64,000 nt of DNA from an uncultured Gammaproteobacteria bacterium (GTDB taxonomy: Bacteria; Patescibacteriota; Microgenomatia; Levybacterales; GWA1-39-11). Of this stretch, positions 46,674 to 57,305 are shown piece by piece; within the stretch, counting starts at the first letter, position 1; every line of letters begins with the position of its first letter. Where the stretch lies: the NCBI GenBank assembly GCA_964450885.1, contig CAYVFE010000001.1, positions 310,572 to 374,571 on the forward strand, written 5' to 3'. Position numbers and translations under genes: made by a program. The notes under the pieces were generated by a model. That model had not been told where the DNA came from. It saw nothing but the letters and a program-made list of their open reading frames with translations, and did not search any database.

Positions 46674-47489
46674 ATGCATGGAGTTATTCTGTGTGGTCTA
46701 GTAGTTATTGTATTTTTTGTATTGCCAGTTAGAACTTATGCTTCAGAAATAGTCATAAATGAGATATTTGCAAACCCCGAGGATGAAAAAGAAGAATTCA
46801 TCGAACTATATAATAAATCGGAGAGCGAAGTGGATTTGTCCGGTTGGAAAATCTCAGATTTAGCTAAAGATTATATCATCATCGATCTGAAAATTTCCGG
46901 AAATGGATTTTTGGTTCTAGAAAAAGGTCTTACAGGTATAGCTCTTAATAATTCCGATGAAGATGTTTCGTTGACAGATCAGAGCGATAATATAGTTGAC
47001 TCGTATTCATATAAAGATACTATAGAAAATAAATCTTGGTCCCGAGTTCCTGATGGAGAAGGTGAATTTTTTGATAACACAGATATGTCAAAAGGCGCAT
47101 CAAATTTCTCCGCACCTACGCTGACACCTACAGCTTCTCCTACACCGACCAAAACACCAAAACCCACGAAAGCTCCAACAGCAACGAGATCTCCTACGGG
47201 TACAAGAGATGTGAAAGTCCCCACGGAAAGACCATATGATAAAGAGGATGGAGTGTTATTGCAGGACACTAAAGAGACGCACATAGATATTATCAGTACT
47301 CCACGTAATCAGGTGGTCGCCGGTGTTCACGATGAAGAAGAAAAGGAGAGAGTAGATACAGAAAAAGTGAATAAAAGCACCCCAACATATTTATACTCCA
47401 TAACAACAGGAGTAGGGATGCTTATGCTTGCCTGTGCTATAATTCTCTATCGGAGATTTAAGGCCAAAAATGATGAAGAAGATTTTTAA
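46674..47489 (+). CDS. Lamin tail domain (LTD) protein with a Pro/Thr linker and C-terminal transmembrane anchor
   Basis: Motif 'IVINEIFANPEDEKEEFIELYNKSESEVDLSGWKISD'. Confidence 0.65.
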   Translation: MHGVILCGLVVIVFFVLPVRTYASEIVINEIFANPEDEKEEFIELYNKSESEVDLSGWKISDLAKDYIIIDLKISGNGFLVLEKGLTGIALNNSDEDVSLTDQSDNIVDSYSYKDTIENKSWSRVPDGEGEFFDNTDMSKGASNFSAPTLTPTASPTPTKTPKPTKAPTATRSPTGTRDVKVPTERPYDKEDGVLLQDTKETHIDIISTPRNQVVAGVHDEEEKERVDTEKVNKSTPTYLYSITTGVGMLMLACAIILYRRFKAKNDEEDF

Positions 47490-47898
47490 TTCCAGCAGTG
47501 AAAAAGACACGCAGCTACTTGCTAAAGACGTCGCGAAGAGCATGGATCAGCATAACGTTGTTTGTCTTTATGGGGAGCTTGGAGCAGGAAAGACTACTTT
47601 TGTAAAGTCATTTGCAAAAGCTCTAGGCGTGCAGTCTAGGATTATCTCTCCTACCTATGTTCTTATCCGCACTTATAACACCGGAAACAACTTGCAACTA
47701 TTTCATATAGATGCTTATAGGATAAATGTTGAAAAAGACACACATGAAATCGAAGAGATATTAGCGCAGGATAATGCAATAATAGTTATTGAGTGGGCGG
47801 ATAGGATAAGTTCCATTCTGCCGAAAAAAAGAATTGATATAGAATTTATAAACAAAAATAATAATGAAAGAGAAATTGAGATTACAAGATTCCTCTAG
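47470..47898 (+). CDS. tsaE: t6A biosynthesis ATPase TsaE
   Basis: Motif 'LYGELGAGKTTFVK'. Confidence 0.8.
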   Translation: MMKKIFNSSSEKDTQLLAKDVAKSMDQHNVVCLYGELGAGKTTFVKSFAKALGVQSRIISPTYVLIRTYNTGNNLQLFHIDAYRINVEKDTHEIEEILAQDNAIIVIEWADRISSILPKKRIDIEFINKNNNEREIEITRFL

Positions 47899-48466
47899 CA
47901 GGAATCGGATAAAAAAGTTATTAAAAGAAGGAAAGATAGGGTTATTTCCTACGGATACTATCTACGGAATCTGTTGCAGGATGGATAGTAAATCTTCTGT
48001 AGAAAGGATCTATAGCATCAAACAAAGAGAAGAAAATAAGCCATTTTTGATACTCGCATCAAGTGTTAGTCAGGTTGCTGACTATGCTAATTTGGATTCA
48101 GAAAATTTCCCTGAGGTTATCAAAAAATACTGGCCTGGGCCATTGACTGTCATACTAAAAGCGTATAAAGATAAAGTTTTGTCACAGGTTCGGGCTGGTG
48201 GTGACACTATCGCGGTAAGAATTCCGGATTATCCCGAACTGAGTGAGATAATTTCTGAGATAGATGTTCCCCTGGTTGCACCCTCTGCAAATATATCAGG
48301 AGAAATAGCTCCTGGAGAATATTCTCAGGTAGATAAAAAGATTGTAGATGCTGTTGACTTTGTTGTGATAGGTGAGTGTAAAATGAAAAAGCCCTCGACT
48401 ATCGTTGATTGCTCTGGAGAAAAGACCAGGATAGTTAGAGAGGGGGCTATAGATATAAAGATATGA
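47864..48466 (+). CDS. tsaC: L-threonylcarbamoyladenylate synthase (YrdC/TsaC)
   Basis: Motifs 'GLFPTDTIYGI' and 'APSANISG'. Confidence 0.8.
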   Translation: MKEKLRLQDSSSRNRIKKLLKEGKIGLFPTDTIYGICCRMDSKSSVERIYSIKQREENKPFLILASSVSQVADYANLDSENFPEVIKKYWPGPLTVILKAYKDKVLSQVRAGGDTIAVRIPDYPELSEIISEIDVPLVAPSANISGEIAPGEYSQVDKKIVDAVDFVVIGECKMKKPSTIVDCSGEKTRIVREGAIDIKI

Positions 48467-48774
48467 GACTTTACATAGATACAAGAAGTAGGGAAAGCAT
48501 AATAATTTCCCTTTCAAAAGGCAGTGAGACATTTTTTACAAAGCGCTCAGAAAAAAAGGAGATGACTCCTGAGCTGGCGCTTGAATTCATAAAAAAAGCT
48601 TTGGATGAGGCATCAGTTAATCTGAATGAGATAACAAAGATCGAAGTAGAAAAGGGTTCCGGGTCTTATACGGGGATAAGGGTAGGCGTGTCGGTCGCAA
48701 ATAGTTTGTCGTTTGCATTAGGGATCCCAATAAATGAACATAAAATATCTAGTATTGTTATTCCTGAGTATTAA
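48463..48774 (+). CDS. tsaB: Short TsaB-like protein (103 aa)
   Basis: Motif 'GSGSYTGIRVGVSVANSLSFALGIPI'. Shorter than canonical TsaB. Confidence 0.5.
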   Translation: MRLYIDTRSRESIIISLSKGSETFFTKRSEKKEMTPELALEFIKKALDEASVNLNEITKIEVEKGSGSYTGIRVGVSVANSLSFALGIPINEHKISSIVIPEY

Positions 48775-48776
48775 AT

Positions 48777-49715
48777 ATGATCAAATTTATACGACATTAT
48801 TTCCTCCCACGTACCAGCAATAATCACCGATCAAAAATATTGCACAACTCGTCACTTTTTGTAATCGTTATCCTTTTGCTTTTTTCATCTTGGTTTTCGA
48901 TTATTGTAAACAAGACAAATCCTCAAATATTAGGAATTTCGTATTCTATTTCAAATCAAGAGCTGCTCCTTTTGGTAAATGAGCAAAGGCTTGAGAATAA
49001 TTTGCCACCTTTGAAGTTGAATGAAAAACTTTCAAGTGCCGCTTCTGCAAAGGCAAATCATATGTTTGCAAATAACTATTGGGCTCATTTTGCTCCTGAC
49101 GGAACTAGCCCTTGGAAGTTTATTACAGATAATGGATATGATTATATATATGCTGGTGAAAATTTAGCCAAAGGTTTTGTGACGGCCGAGGATGCTGTTG
49201 ATGCGTGGATGGAATCACCTTCACACAGAGATAATATATTGTCTGCTCAATATAAGGAAGTAGGATTTTCTATCGTCGAAGGAAGCCTACAGGGAGAGGA
49301 TACTGTTTTGATAGTTGAAATGTTCGGTCAGGAGAAAAACCAATTTTTGGCTAAAGCAGAAGTAGACGCTGATTCCATAAACCAAACTCAGGTGGATGAA
49401 AGCCAGGTAAGCGAAGACCCTGACGTCAATGATGTTGTAGAGGTTCCTCTTTTGGGTACAAATGATGTTTTTGAGGCAAAAAATGGTGTGGAGGAGATCG
49501 TATCTCAAGCAACCCCTGTTGTCGATCTTTTTTCCAGCACAAAAACTATTTCATTTATATTGACAGCGGTTTTGCTGATAGCCTTTTTGCTAGACCTTTT
49601 TGTAGTAGCCAGAAAGAGAATCCCCCGCATAGTTGGTGATAATCTAGACCATATATTGCTTTTAACAATTTTTATCGTATTTATGTTTATATATAATTTA
49701 GGAGTCATTTTATAG
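48777..49715 (+). CDS. CAP/SCP (PR-1-like) domain secreted protein with a C-terminal transmembrane segment
   Basis: Motifs 'ANNYWAHFAPDG', 'YAGENLAKGF' and 'WMESPSHRDNIL'. Confidence 0.7.
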   Translation: MIKFIRHYFLPRTSNNHRSKILHNSSLFVIVILLLFSSWFSIIVNKTNPQILGISYSISNQELLLLVNEQRLENNLPPLKLNEKLSSAASAKANHMFANNYWAHFAPDGTSPWKFITDNGYDYIYAGENLAKGFVTAEDAVDAWMESPSHRDNILSAQYKEVGFSIVEGSLQGEDTVLIVEMFGQEKNQFLAKAEVDADSINQTQVDESQVSEDPDVNDVVEVPLLGTNDVFEAKNGVEEIVSQATPVVDLFSSTKTISFILTAVLLIAFLLDLFVVARKRIPRIVGDNLDHILLLTIFIVFMFIYNLGVIL

Positions 49716-49716
49716 C

Positions 49717-49980
49717 GTGAGGAATCTACATCAACATATTGCTTTATACGTCTTTGAGATCATAATTTTGGGTATTGGTTTTATAGTTATTTTAAACGCG
49801 GATCTTTCTTTTTGGGCCCAGCTAGTGATACTGCTTTTCATGCTTTTTTTCTATATAGCAGTCGGTCTTATTAGGCATACTAAGGATCACGACATGCATG
49901 GGAAAGTTATGCTAGAATATATCTCAATATCGATAATTGTGATATTAATCTTTTTTCTAATAAATATTTCAAGAATCTAA
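49717..49980 (+). CDS. Small membrane protein (87 aa)
   Basis: Two or three hydrophobic segments. Confidence 0.35.
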   Translation: MRNLHQHIALYVFEIIILGIGFIVILNADLSFWAQLVILLFMLFFYIAVGLIRHTKDHDMHGKVMLEYISISIIVILIFFLINISRI

Positions 49981-49981
49981 T

Positions 49982-50716
49982 ATGAAAGGAATGATTTTGG
50001 CAGGAGGAATGGCAACAAGGCTTAGGCCGCTTACCCTTATTACTAACAAACATTTACTCCCCATCTACAATAAGCCCATGATATATTATCCATTAGAGGC
50101 GATGAAAAAGGCTGGAATAAAAGAGGTCTTAATTACTTCATCTCCAGATCATGCAGGACACTTTGCAAATCTTTTGAAAGACGGATCTGATTTTGACCTA
50201 AGAATTTATTACGCAGTACAAAAAGAAGCAGGAGGAATTTCTCAAGCCATAAAGATTGCAGAAGACTTTACGAAAGACGACAAATTGCTCGTGATTTTGG
50301 GAGATAATATTTTCAATTATGATCTTAGAAGTGTTGCTGAGAAATTTGATGCGCAGGAAAAAGGAGCAATAGTTTTTGGTATTAAAAAAGATACCGAGTC
50401 GAAGCAGTATGGGGTAATCGAGATGGATGAAAGTGGCAAAGTCATATCTATCGAAGAAAAACCAGAAGTGCCCAAGTCGCCTTATGCACAGTCTGGAGTT
50501 TATATGTATGACAATAGGGTTTTTAGTTTTATCGATAGTCTCAAGCCGTCAGGACGGGGAGAGCTGGAGGTTACAGATCTAAATAATAAATATCTGGAGG
50601 AGGGAACTTTGACTGCGGAAATTCTTGATTGGTGGATCGATGCAGGGACTTCACACGACGAGCTATTAAATGCTAATATAATGGTAAGAGAAAAAGTTCA
50701 GAATGGTGAACTATAA
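49982..50716 (+). CDS. rmlA: Glucose-1-phosphate thymidylyltransferase-like sugar nucleotidyltransferase
   Basis: N-terminus 'MKGMILAGGMATRLRPLT'. Confidence 0.8.
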   Translation: MKGMILAGGMATRLRPLTLITNKHLLPIYNKPMIYYPLEAMKKAGIKEVLITSSPDHAGHFANLLKDGSDFDLRIYYAVQKEAGGISQAIKIAEDFTKDDKLLVILGDNIFNYDLRSVAEKFDAQEKGAIVFGIKKDTESKQYGVIEMDESGKVISIEEKPEVPKSPYAQSGVYMYDNRVFSFIDSLKPSGRGELEVTDLNNKYLEEGTLTAEILDWWIDAGTSHDELLNANIMVREKVQNGEL

Positions 50717-50719
50717 ATT

Positions 50720-51154
50720 ATGAGTATCGCAAATCTAGAAGAGGCAAAAAAAGTTACGACTTATGACAGCTCCCAGAATGAAAATGGATTTCTGGTAGAG
50801 CTTTTCAAAAGTTACGATGGTTCAAAAACGGAAGCATACTTGACCGCTGCAAAACCAGGAGCATTTAAGGGCTATCATCTCCATAGGGTCCGTGCAGCAA
50901 GGTACGTATGCATAAAGGGCAAAATGAAAATTACTCTTTATGTCCCCGGAACCATGGAAAAGGAAGAACATATTCTTGATGCTAGTAATCCTCAGAGACT
51001 ATTTATTCCCAAAGATATTGCGACTGGTCTAGAGAACATCGGGGATGAAGAAGGATGGCTTATAAATTATCCTGATCCGCCTTATGATCCTGAGCTTAAA
51101 GATGAACAGGTTGAGTATACAGAAGAAGAGATATTGCAAGGGATAGTAAAATAG
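50720..51154 (+). CDS. Cupin-fold sugar epimerase/ketoisomerase (RmlC/FdtA-like)
   Basis: Motif 'FKGYHLHRV'. Lies within the rml cluster. Confidence 0.5.
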   Translation: MSIANLEEAKKVTTYDSSQNENGFLVELFKSYDGSKTEAYLTAAKPGAFKGYHLHRVRAARYVCIKGKMKITLYVPGTMEKEEHILDASNPQRLFIPKDIATGLENIGDEEGWLINYPDPPYDPELKDEQVEYTEEEILQGIVK

Positions 51155-51188
51155 CTTATTAAATGCATCAAGGTCTTCTAACTTCATT

Positions 51189-52196
51189 ATGAAATTACTA
51201 GTTACAGGTGGGGCTGGATTCATGGGCTCCAATTTTATCCATTATATACTTAAGAAATATCCTGAGTATGAAGTTATTAATTTAGATAAGCTAACGTATG
51301 CAGGAAATCTAAAGAATCTTTCAGATATAGAGAATAATCCTAATTATAGATTCGTTAAGGGAGATATTTGTGATGCAAATATCATAAATGAGTTAGTTCC
51401 TCAAGTGGATGCAGTCATAAATTATGCTGCAGAAACTCATGTTGATAGATCTATACTAGCACCACAGGAATTTGCGCAGACTGATGTGATTGGGACTCTT
51501 ACGATATTAAATTCCATCCGTGAGAATGGTAACAAAGTAAGACTTGTCCAGATTTCAACAGATGAAGTCTTTGGTTCAATAGAGGATGGGAAATTCACAG
51601 AGAGTAGTCCCTTTGAGCCGAACAGTCCATATGCTGCTTCAAAAGCGGGGGGGGATTTGATGTGTAGAGCATTTTGGGTTACATATAAAACTCCTGTGAT
51701 CGTCACACACTCGTGTAATTTTTATGGACCTTTTCATTATCCTGAAAAGCTGATTCCTCTTGCGATCACGAATCTATTAGAAGGAAAAAAAGTGCCAGTA
51801 TATGGCGATGGAAAGCAGGTTAGAGAGTGGATATATACGCAAGATCACTGCAGCGCTGTTGATACTATTTTGCACAAAGGCGTTGAGGGAGAGGTTTACA
51901 ATATCGGTACAGAAAGAGAATTCGAGAATATAGACATAGTAAAGCGCATATTAGACGTGCTAGGAATGAATGAAGGATTTATAGAATATGTAAAAGACAG
52001 GCCAGGCCATGATAGAAGGTATAGTCTAGATACATCAAAACTAAGAAACGAGCTAGGTTGGAAGCCTGAAATAGAATTTGATCAGGGGATAAAAGATACA
52101 GTGGAATGGTTTAAGAACAATGAGGCATGGTGGAAAGAGATTAAAAGTGGGGAATATAAGAATTATTATAACCAGCAATATGGAAGAAAAGATTAG
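51189..52196 (+). CDS. rmlB: dTDP-glucose 4,6-dehydratase
   Basis: Motifs 'MKLLVTGGAGFMGSNF', 'YAASKAGGD' and C-terminal 'EWFKNNEAWW'. Confidence 0.9.
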   Translation: MKLLVTGGAGFMGSNFIHYILKKYPEYEVINLDKLTYAGNLKNLSDIENNPNYRFVKGDICDANIINELVPQVDAVINYAAETHVDRSILAPQEFAQTDVIGTLTILNSIRENGNKVRLVQISTDEVFGSIEDGKFTESSPFEPNSPYAASKAGGDLMCRAFWVTYKTPVIVTHSCNFYGPFHYPEKLIPLAITNLLEGKKVPVYGDGKQVREWIYTQDHCSAVDTILHKGVEGEVYNIGTEREFENIDIVKRILDVLGMNEGFIEYVKDRPGHDRRYSLDTSKLRNELGWKPEIEFDQGIKDTVEWFKNNEAWWKEIKSGEYKNYYNQQYGRKD

Positions 52197-53058
52197 TATC
52201 GGAGTTTCGGGGGGGTCAGGACTGGTAGGATCAAGGGTTGTGGAGATGCTTGGTAAAAAATACGACATGCTTACATTAGGTCGTACCGATGGTTTTGATA
52301 TTTCTAATTCTGCAAGTTTTTCAAAATTCAAAGACAGAAATATAAAGTATTTTTTACACATGGCTGCAAAGGCAGATGTAGATGGCAGTGAGGAAGAGAA
52401 GGATTTGGGCGAGAGTAGTGAGGCTTGGAGAATAAATGTAGATGGAACGAAAAATGTCTCGCGGTTTTGCAAAGAAAATGATATTAAGCTTATCTATATA
52501 TCGACAGACTTTGTTTTTGATGGGAAAAAACCTCAAGGGGAGTTTTATACGGAAGCCGATTTGCCAAACCCGATAAATTTTTATGCAAAGACTAAATACG
52601 AGGGAGAAAAAATGGTACAGGAGTCTGGAGCGCGTTATATGATATTGCGCATAGCTTATCCTTATAGAAAAGAATTTGCGATAAAAAAGGATTTCGTAAG
52701 GGCGATATTGGACAGGTTAAGGCAAGGACTCCAAATAAATGCAGTTACAGATCACATTATGTGTCCTACTTTTATAGACGACATTGCGAAAGTTATAGGT
52801 GGTTTGATAGAAAAAGATGAATCCGGTATTTTTCACTGTGTGGGTAGTACCCCGATATCTCCGTACGATGCGGCAATTAAAATAGCTGAGCAGTTCAATA
52901 TAGATAAATCTTTGATAAAATCTACTACGAGAGATGTTTATTTTACAGACAAAGCTTTGCGTCCATTTAATCTATATCTAAAAAATGATAGAATAGAAAA
53001 TCTAGGATTCGAGATGAAGTCCTTTAATGAGGGATTAGAGGAGTTAAATAAATCATGA
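52180..53058 (+). CDS. rmlD: dTDP-4-dehydrorhamnose reductase
   Basis: N-terminus 'ISIGVSGGSGLVGSRV'. The likely start is ATG 52180 (the ORF track starts at 52120). Confidence 0.65.
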   Translation: MEEKISIGVSGGSGLVGSRVVEMLGKKYDMLTLGRTDGFDISNSASFSKFKDRNIKYFLHMAAKADVDGSEEEKDLGESSEAWRINVDGTKNVSRFCKENDIKLIYISTDFVFDGKKPQGEFYTEADLPNPINFYAKTKYEGEKMVQESGARYMILRIAYPYRKEFAIKKDFVRAILDRLRQGLQINAVTDHIMCPTFIDDIAKVIGGLIEKDESGIFHCVGSTPISPYDAAIKIAEQFNIDKSLIKSTTRDVYFTDKALRPFNLYLKNDRIENLGFEMKSFNEGLEELNKS

Positions 53059-54347
53059 CAATAACATTTATAGGACATGGATACGTGGGGCTCGTTACTG
53101 CAGCAGTATTTTCTGATTTGGGTAATACTGTACATGTAATAGGTCATACCCAGGAGAAAATAGATAATCTAAAAAAGGGAATAATTCCTATCTTTGAACC
53201 AGGACTTGCAGAGATGGTAAAAAAGAACATAGATGCTGGTAGGCTCTTTTTTACACTAGACTACTCACCTGTAATAGCAGAATCAGATGTGGTATTTATT
53301 GCTGTGGGTACGCCAACTACAAAAACTGGTGATGCTAATCTGTCTACAGTTCTTGATGTTGCTGAAAAAATTGCTAAAAACCTTGAGGGATATACGGTTG
53401 TTGCGACCAAGAGTACAGTTCCAACCGGAACTAACAAAAAAATCCAAAAAATTCTCGAGGCAAATAAACCATCTGGAGCAGAGTTTGACTATGCGTCTGT
53501 TCCGGAATTTTTGAGAGAAGGTAGTGCGATATCCGATACTGTAAATCCTGACAGGGTTGTTGTAGGAACAGAAAGTAAAAGAGCCCAGGATATACTCGTA
53601 GATCTGCATAGTCCGATAAATGCCCCGGTTGTTGTCACTAATTTTGAAACAGCAGAGCTTATAAAGTATGCCGCAAACTCATTTCTCGCCCTAAAGATAT
53701 CTTATGCAAATGCCATAGCAAAACTTTCCGAAAGCTTAGGGGCTGACGCTCTCAAGGTTCTTGAAGGAATAGGAATGGATAAAAGAATTGGATCCATGTT
53801 TTTGTCTCCAGGGCCAGGTTATGGCGGAAGTTGTTTTCCAAAAGATGTGAGAGCTCTTATATCTATCGCAAAGGACGTTGATTATCAATTTACCCTTCTT
53901 CAGGAAGTTGAGAATATCAACCATCAAGCAAAGCGAGATATCGTAAGAAAGGCGAGAAAGATGCTGAGTAATGATCTAAAGGGTAAAAAAGTCGGTATAC
54001 TTGGTCTCGCATTCAAACCAAATACTGATGATATGCGTGATGCGCAATCTGTTGATATCATAAGCTGGCTAGAAAATGATGGCGCAAAAATTAGTGCGTT
54101 CGATCCGGAGGCGAGAGAAACGGCAAAGCCTATCTTGCCGAATATCGAGTTTGCAGATAATAGCTATGATGCTGCAAAGGATGTAGACCTACTTATAATT
54201 GTTACTGACTGGAATGAATTCAAAGAACTAGATTTTGAGAAAATAAAAGGCATCATGAAGTCTCCCAATATTATTGATGCGAGAAATATTTATGATGCAC
54301 AGATACTTGGCAAATTAGGCTTCAATTATATAGGAGTTGGAAGATAA
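53055..54347 (+). CDS. ugd: UDP-glucose 6-dehydrogenase family
   Basis: N-terminus 'ITFIGHGYVGLVTAAVF'. Motif 'GGSCFPKDV'. Confidence 0.85.
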   Translation: MTITFIGHGYVGLVTAAVFSDLGNTVHVIGHTQEKIDNLKKGIIPIFEPGLAEMVKKNIDAGRLFFTLDYSPVIAESDVVFIAVGTPTTKTGDANLSTVLDVAEKIAKNLEGYTVVATKSTVPTGTNKKIQKILEANKPSGAEFDYASVPEFLREGSAISDTVNPDRVVVGTESKRAQDILVDLHSPINAPVVVTNFETAELIKYAANSFLALKISYANAIAKLSESLGADALKVLEGIGMDKRIGSMFLSPGPGYGGSCFPKDVRALISIAKDVDYQFTLLQEVENINHQAKRDIVRKARKMLSNDLKGKKVGILGLAFKPNTDDMRDAQSVDIISWLENDGAKISAFDPEARETAKPILPNIEFADNSYDAAKDVDLLIIVTDWNEFKELDFEKIKGIMKSPNIIDARNIYDAQILGKLGFNYIGVGR

Positions 54348-54352
54348 TTTAG

Positions 54353-55291
54353 ATGTCAAAAATATTCATCACGGGAATAAATGGCTTTGTCGGCAAACAT
54401 CTTCTAGAGCAGTATAAAGAGGACAAAATTATTGGATTGGTTAAAGATGGTACGGGTGAAGGTTTTGGAAAAAATGTAGATATAGTTAGGGGGGATATTT
54501 TAGATAGCGCTAAAATAGAAGAAATTATTGTTGATAAAAAGCCTGATATTATCTTTCATCTTGCAGCGCTCACCTCACCTTCGGAAAGTCTAAAAAATCC
54601 ATTCGAGACAATAAACAACAACATCGACGGACAGTTAAATATTTTAGAAGCCATCAGAAAAAATGAGCTTTTTAATACAAGATTGCTTGTAGTCTCGTCC
54701 GCAGAAATTTACGGTAGTGTCGATGATAAGTATCTGCCTATTTCTGAAGACACGCCTCTCATGCCTACTACTCCTTATGCAGTATCGAAAATCACTCAAG
54801 ACTTTTTGGGATATCAGTATTACAAAGCATACGGAATAAAGTCCGTAAGAGTTAGGCCCTTTAATCATATTGGTCCGGGACAGGCACCTGTTTTTGTAGT
54901 ATCTGCATTTGCAAAACAAATTGCCATGATAGAAAGGGGTCAGCAGGATAAAATAATTAAGGTTGGAAATCTTGCGCCAAGAAAAGACTTTACAGATGTG
55001 AGAGATGTAGTTAAGGCTTATAAACTCCTTATGGAAAAAGGAGAATTTGGAGAAGTTTACAATATCGGTTCGGGAGTTTCATATGCAATTTCAGAAATTC
55101 TAGAGATGCTGCTGTCATTTTCAAATGAAAAAATCGAGGTGCAAGCAGACGAGTCTTTAATGCGTAAATCTGAGCAAAAAGAACTAAGATGTGATTTCTC
55201 AAAAATAAAAAATGATGTTGGGTGGGAGCCATCGATTTCTATAGAAAAATCACTCAGGGACGCACTGGACTATTGGAGAAATATTCTATAA
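54353..55291 (+). CDS. NAD-dependent epimerase/dehydratase (GDP-4-keto-6-deoxymannose reductase-like)
   Basis: Motifs '[14 protein letters not shown]' and 'YAVSK'. Lies directly upstream of gmd. Confidence 0.55.
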   Translation: MSKIFITGINGFVGKHLLEQYKEDKIIGLVKDGTGEGFGKNVDIVRGDILDSAKIEEIIVDKKPDIIFHLAALTSPSESLKNPFETINNNIDGQLNILEAIRKNELFNTRLLVVSSAEIYGSVDDKYLPISEDTPLMPTTPYAVSKITQDFLGYQYYKAYGIKSVRVRPFNHIGPGQAPVFVVSAFAKQIAMIERGQQDKIIKVGNLAPRKDFTDVRDVVKAYKLLMEKGEFGEVYNIGSGVSYAISEILEMLLSFSNEKIEVQADESLMRKSEQKELRCDFSKIKNDVGWEPSISIEKSLRDALDYWRNIL

Positions 55292-55310
55292 AATAAAATG
55301 TCTTAAATCT

Positions 55311-56288
55311 ATGAAAAAAGCTTTAATTACTGGTATAACTGGGCAAGATGGAAGTTACCTCGCGGAATTTTTGCTTGAAAAAGGATATGAAGTTTTTGGA
55401 ACAGTTAGGCGGCTTAGTACTCCTAATATAGAAAACATCAAGCATATTCAAGATAAAATTACCCTTATTTCCGCTGATCTTTTAGATCAGAGTTCGATAA
55501 CCGCAGCGATAGAAGAAGCAAAGCCTGATGAGGTATACAATCTTGCTGCGATGTCATTCGTCAAAACGTCATTTGAGCAACCAGTGCTTACTGGAGAATT
55601 TACCGCTTTAGGTGTAACGAGGGTCTTAGAGGCGATTCGTACAGTAAATAAAGACATCAGATTTTATCAAGCATCATCTAGCGAAATGTTTGGAAAAGTG
55701 ACAGAGACTCCCCAGAGAGAAACAACAAGATTTCACCCCAGGAGTCCTTATGGGGTGGCAAAGGTTTATGGCCATTACATCACTTTAAATTATAGAGAGA
55801 GTTATGATATGTTCGCCTGCTCGGGGATACTTTTTAACCATGAGTCACCACGTCGGGGAATAGAATTTGTGACTAGAAAAATATCACATGCAGTTGCAAG
55901 GATAAGTGCTGGTAAACAGCAGAAACTTGAATTAGGTGATATGAGTCCAAAAAGAGACTGGGGATTCTCTGGAGATTATGTAGAGGCTATGTGGCTAATG
56001 CTTCAACAGGACAAGCCTGAAGACTATGTAATAGGTACAGGAGAAAATCACAGTGTTAAAGAATTCGTGGAGATGGCATTTAAAAAGGCTGGAATTGAAG
56101 ACTGGGAGAAATATGTGGAGTCAGATAACCCTTCTTTCCTGCGGCCTGCAGAAGTAGACTATTTAATCGCAGATACTAGTAAGGCTAAAAATGAGCTTGG
56201 GTGGGAGCCTAAAACGTCGTTTGAGGAGTTAGTTGAAATGATGGTCAAATCAGATATGGATTTAGTCAGCAAAGAGGACAAATCTTAA
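55311..56288 (+). CDS. gmd: GDP-mannose 4,6-dehydratase
   Basis: Motifs '[25 protein letters not shown]' and 'YGVAK'. Confidence 0.9.
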   Translation: MKKALITGITGQDGSYLAEFLLEKGYEVFGTVRRLSTPNIENIKHIQDKITLISADLLDQSSITAAIEEAKPDEVYNLAAMSFVKTSFEQPVLTGEFTALGVTRVLEAIRTVNKDIRFYQASSSEMFGKVTETPQRETTRFHPRSPYGVAKVYGHYITLNYRESYDMFACSGILFNHESPRRGIEFVTRKISHAVARISAGKQQKLELGDMSPKRDWGFSGDYVEAMWLMLQQDKPEDYVIGTGENHSVKEFVEMAFKKAGIEDWEKYVESDNPSFLRPAEVDYLIADTSKAKNELGWEPKTSFEELVEMMVKSDMDLVSKEDKS

Positions 56289-56339
56289 ACAATCTTCTTT
56301 TTTAATGATTTTTCCCAAATGTTTAGGTAAAATAATGAT

Positions 56340-57305
56340 ATGAGGTATGTTGTTGTCGCTGGTGGGGCTGGATTCATAGGTTCACATCTCTGTGAAAGAT
56401 TGTTGTCGATGGGATTATTCGTAATCTGTGTTGATAATTTGATAACAGGTCGCAATGAAAATCTAGAAGCACTGCAAAAGAACAAAAATTTTGTATTCAT
56501 AAATCATGATATATCCTCGCCTCTAGGGAGTCTATTTAATCAATTTGAAAGTATAGATTATATTTTTCACATGGCATCGCCTGCTTCTCCAAATGAAAAA
56601 AGTGAGAAGAGTTATATGAGTTATCCGATAGAAACGATGCTAGTCAATTCTGTTGGTACTTATAATCTGTTAAACGTTGCGAAATTTAGGAAATCAAGAT
56701 TCTTGTACGCATCTACATCAGAGGTTTATGGGGATCCGACAGTGTCTCCGCAGCCAGAAAGTTATTTTGGGAATGTAAACTCAGCCGGCCCGCGTGCCGT
56801 ATACGATGAGGGGAAAAGATTCGGAGAAGCAATGACTATGGCATACTACCGAAAATTTGGGCTAGATGTAAGGATACCTAGAATTTTTAATACGTATGGT
56901 GAAAATATGCGGGAAGATGATGGTAGAGTTGTTTCAAACTTTATTGTGCAAGCTATAAAAAACGAACCCATAACTGTATTTGGCGATGGTAGTCAGACAA
57001 GGAGCTTTTGTTACGTTTCAGATTTAGTAGACGGGCTAGTCGACTTTATGATGAAAGAAAATCTATCCGGGGAAATTATCAATTTGGGAAATCCTGCGGA
57101 GTATACAGTTGCTGATATTGCTGATAAGATAAAAGAGCTTACTGGGTCGTCTTCAGAAATTATTCATGAGAGTCTTCCAGTTGATGATCCAAAACAAAGG
57201 AAGCCTGATATCGCAAAGGCGGAAAGACTTTTGGAGTTTTCTCCAAAAATAGAAATAGAAGAAGGTTTTAAAAAAACCATAGATTATTTTAGAAAGACAT
57301 TATGA
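56340..57305 (+). CDS. UDP-glucuronate decarboxylase (UDP-xylose synthase)-like
   Basis: Motifs 'VVVAGGAGFIGSHL' and 'RIFNTYGENM'. Confidence 0.75.
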   Translation: MRYVVVAGGAGFIGSHLCERLLSMGLFVICVDNLITGRNENLEALQKNKNFVFINHDISSPLGSLFNQFESIDYIFHMASPASPNEKSEKSYMSYPIETMLVNSVGTYNLLNVAKFRKSRFLYASTSEVYGDPTVSPQPESYFGNVNSAGPRAVYDEGKRFGEAMTMAYYRKFGLDVRIPRIFNTYGENMREDDGRVVSNFIVQAIKNEPITVFGDGSQTRSFCYVSDLVDGLVDFMMKENLSGEIINLGNPAEYTVADIADKIKELTGSSSEIIHESLPVDDPKQRKPDIAKAERLLEFSPKIEIEEGFKKTIDYFRKTL

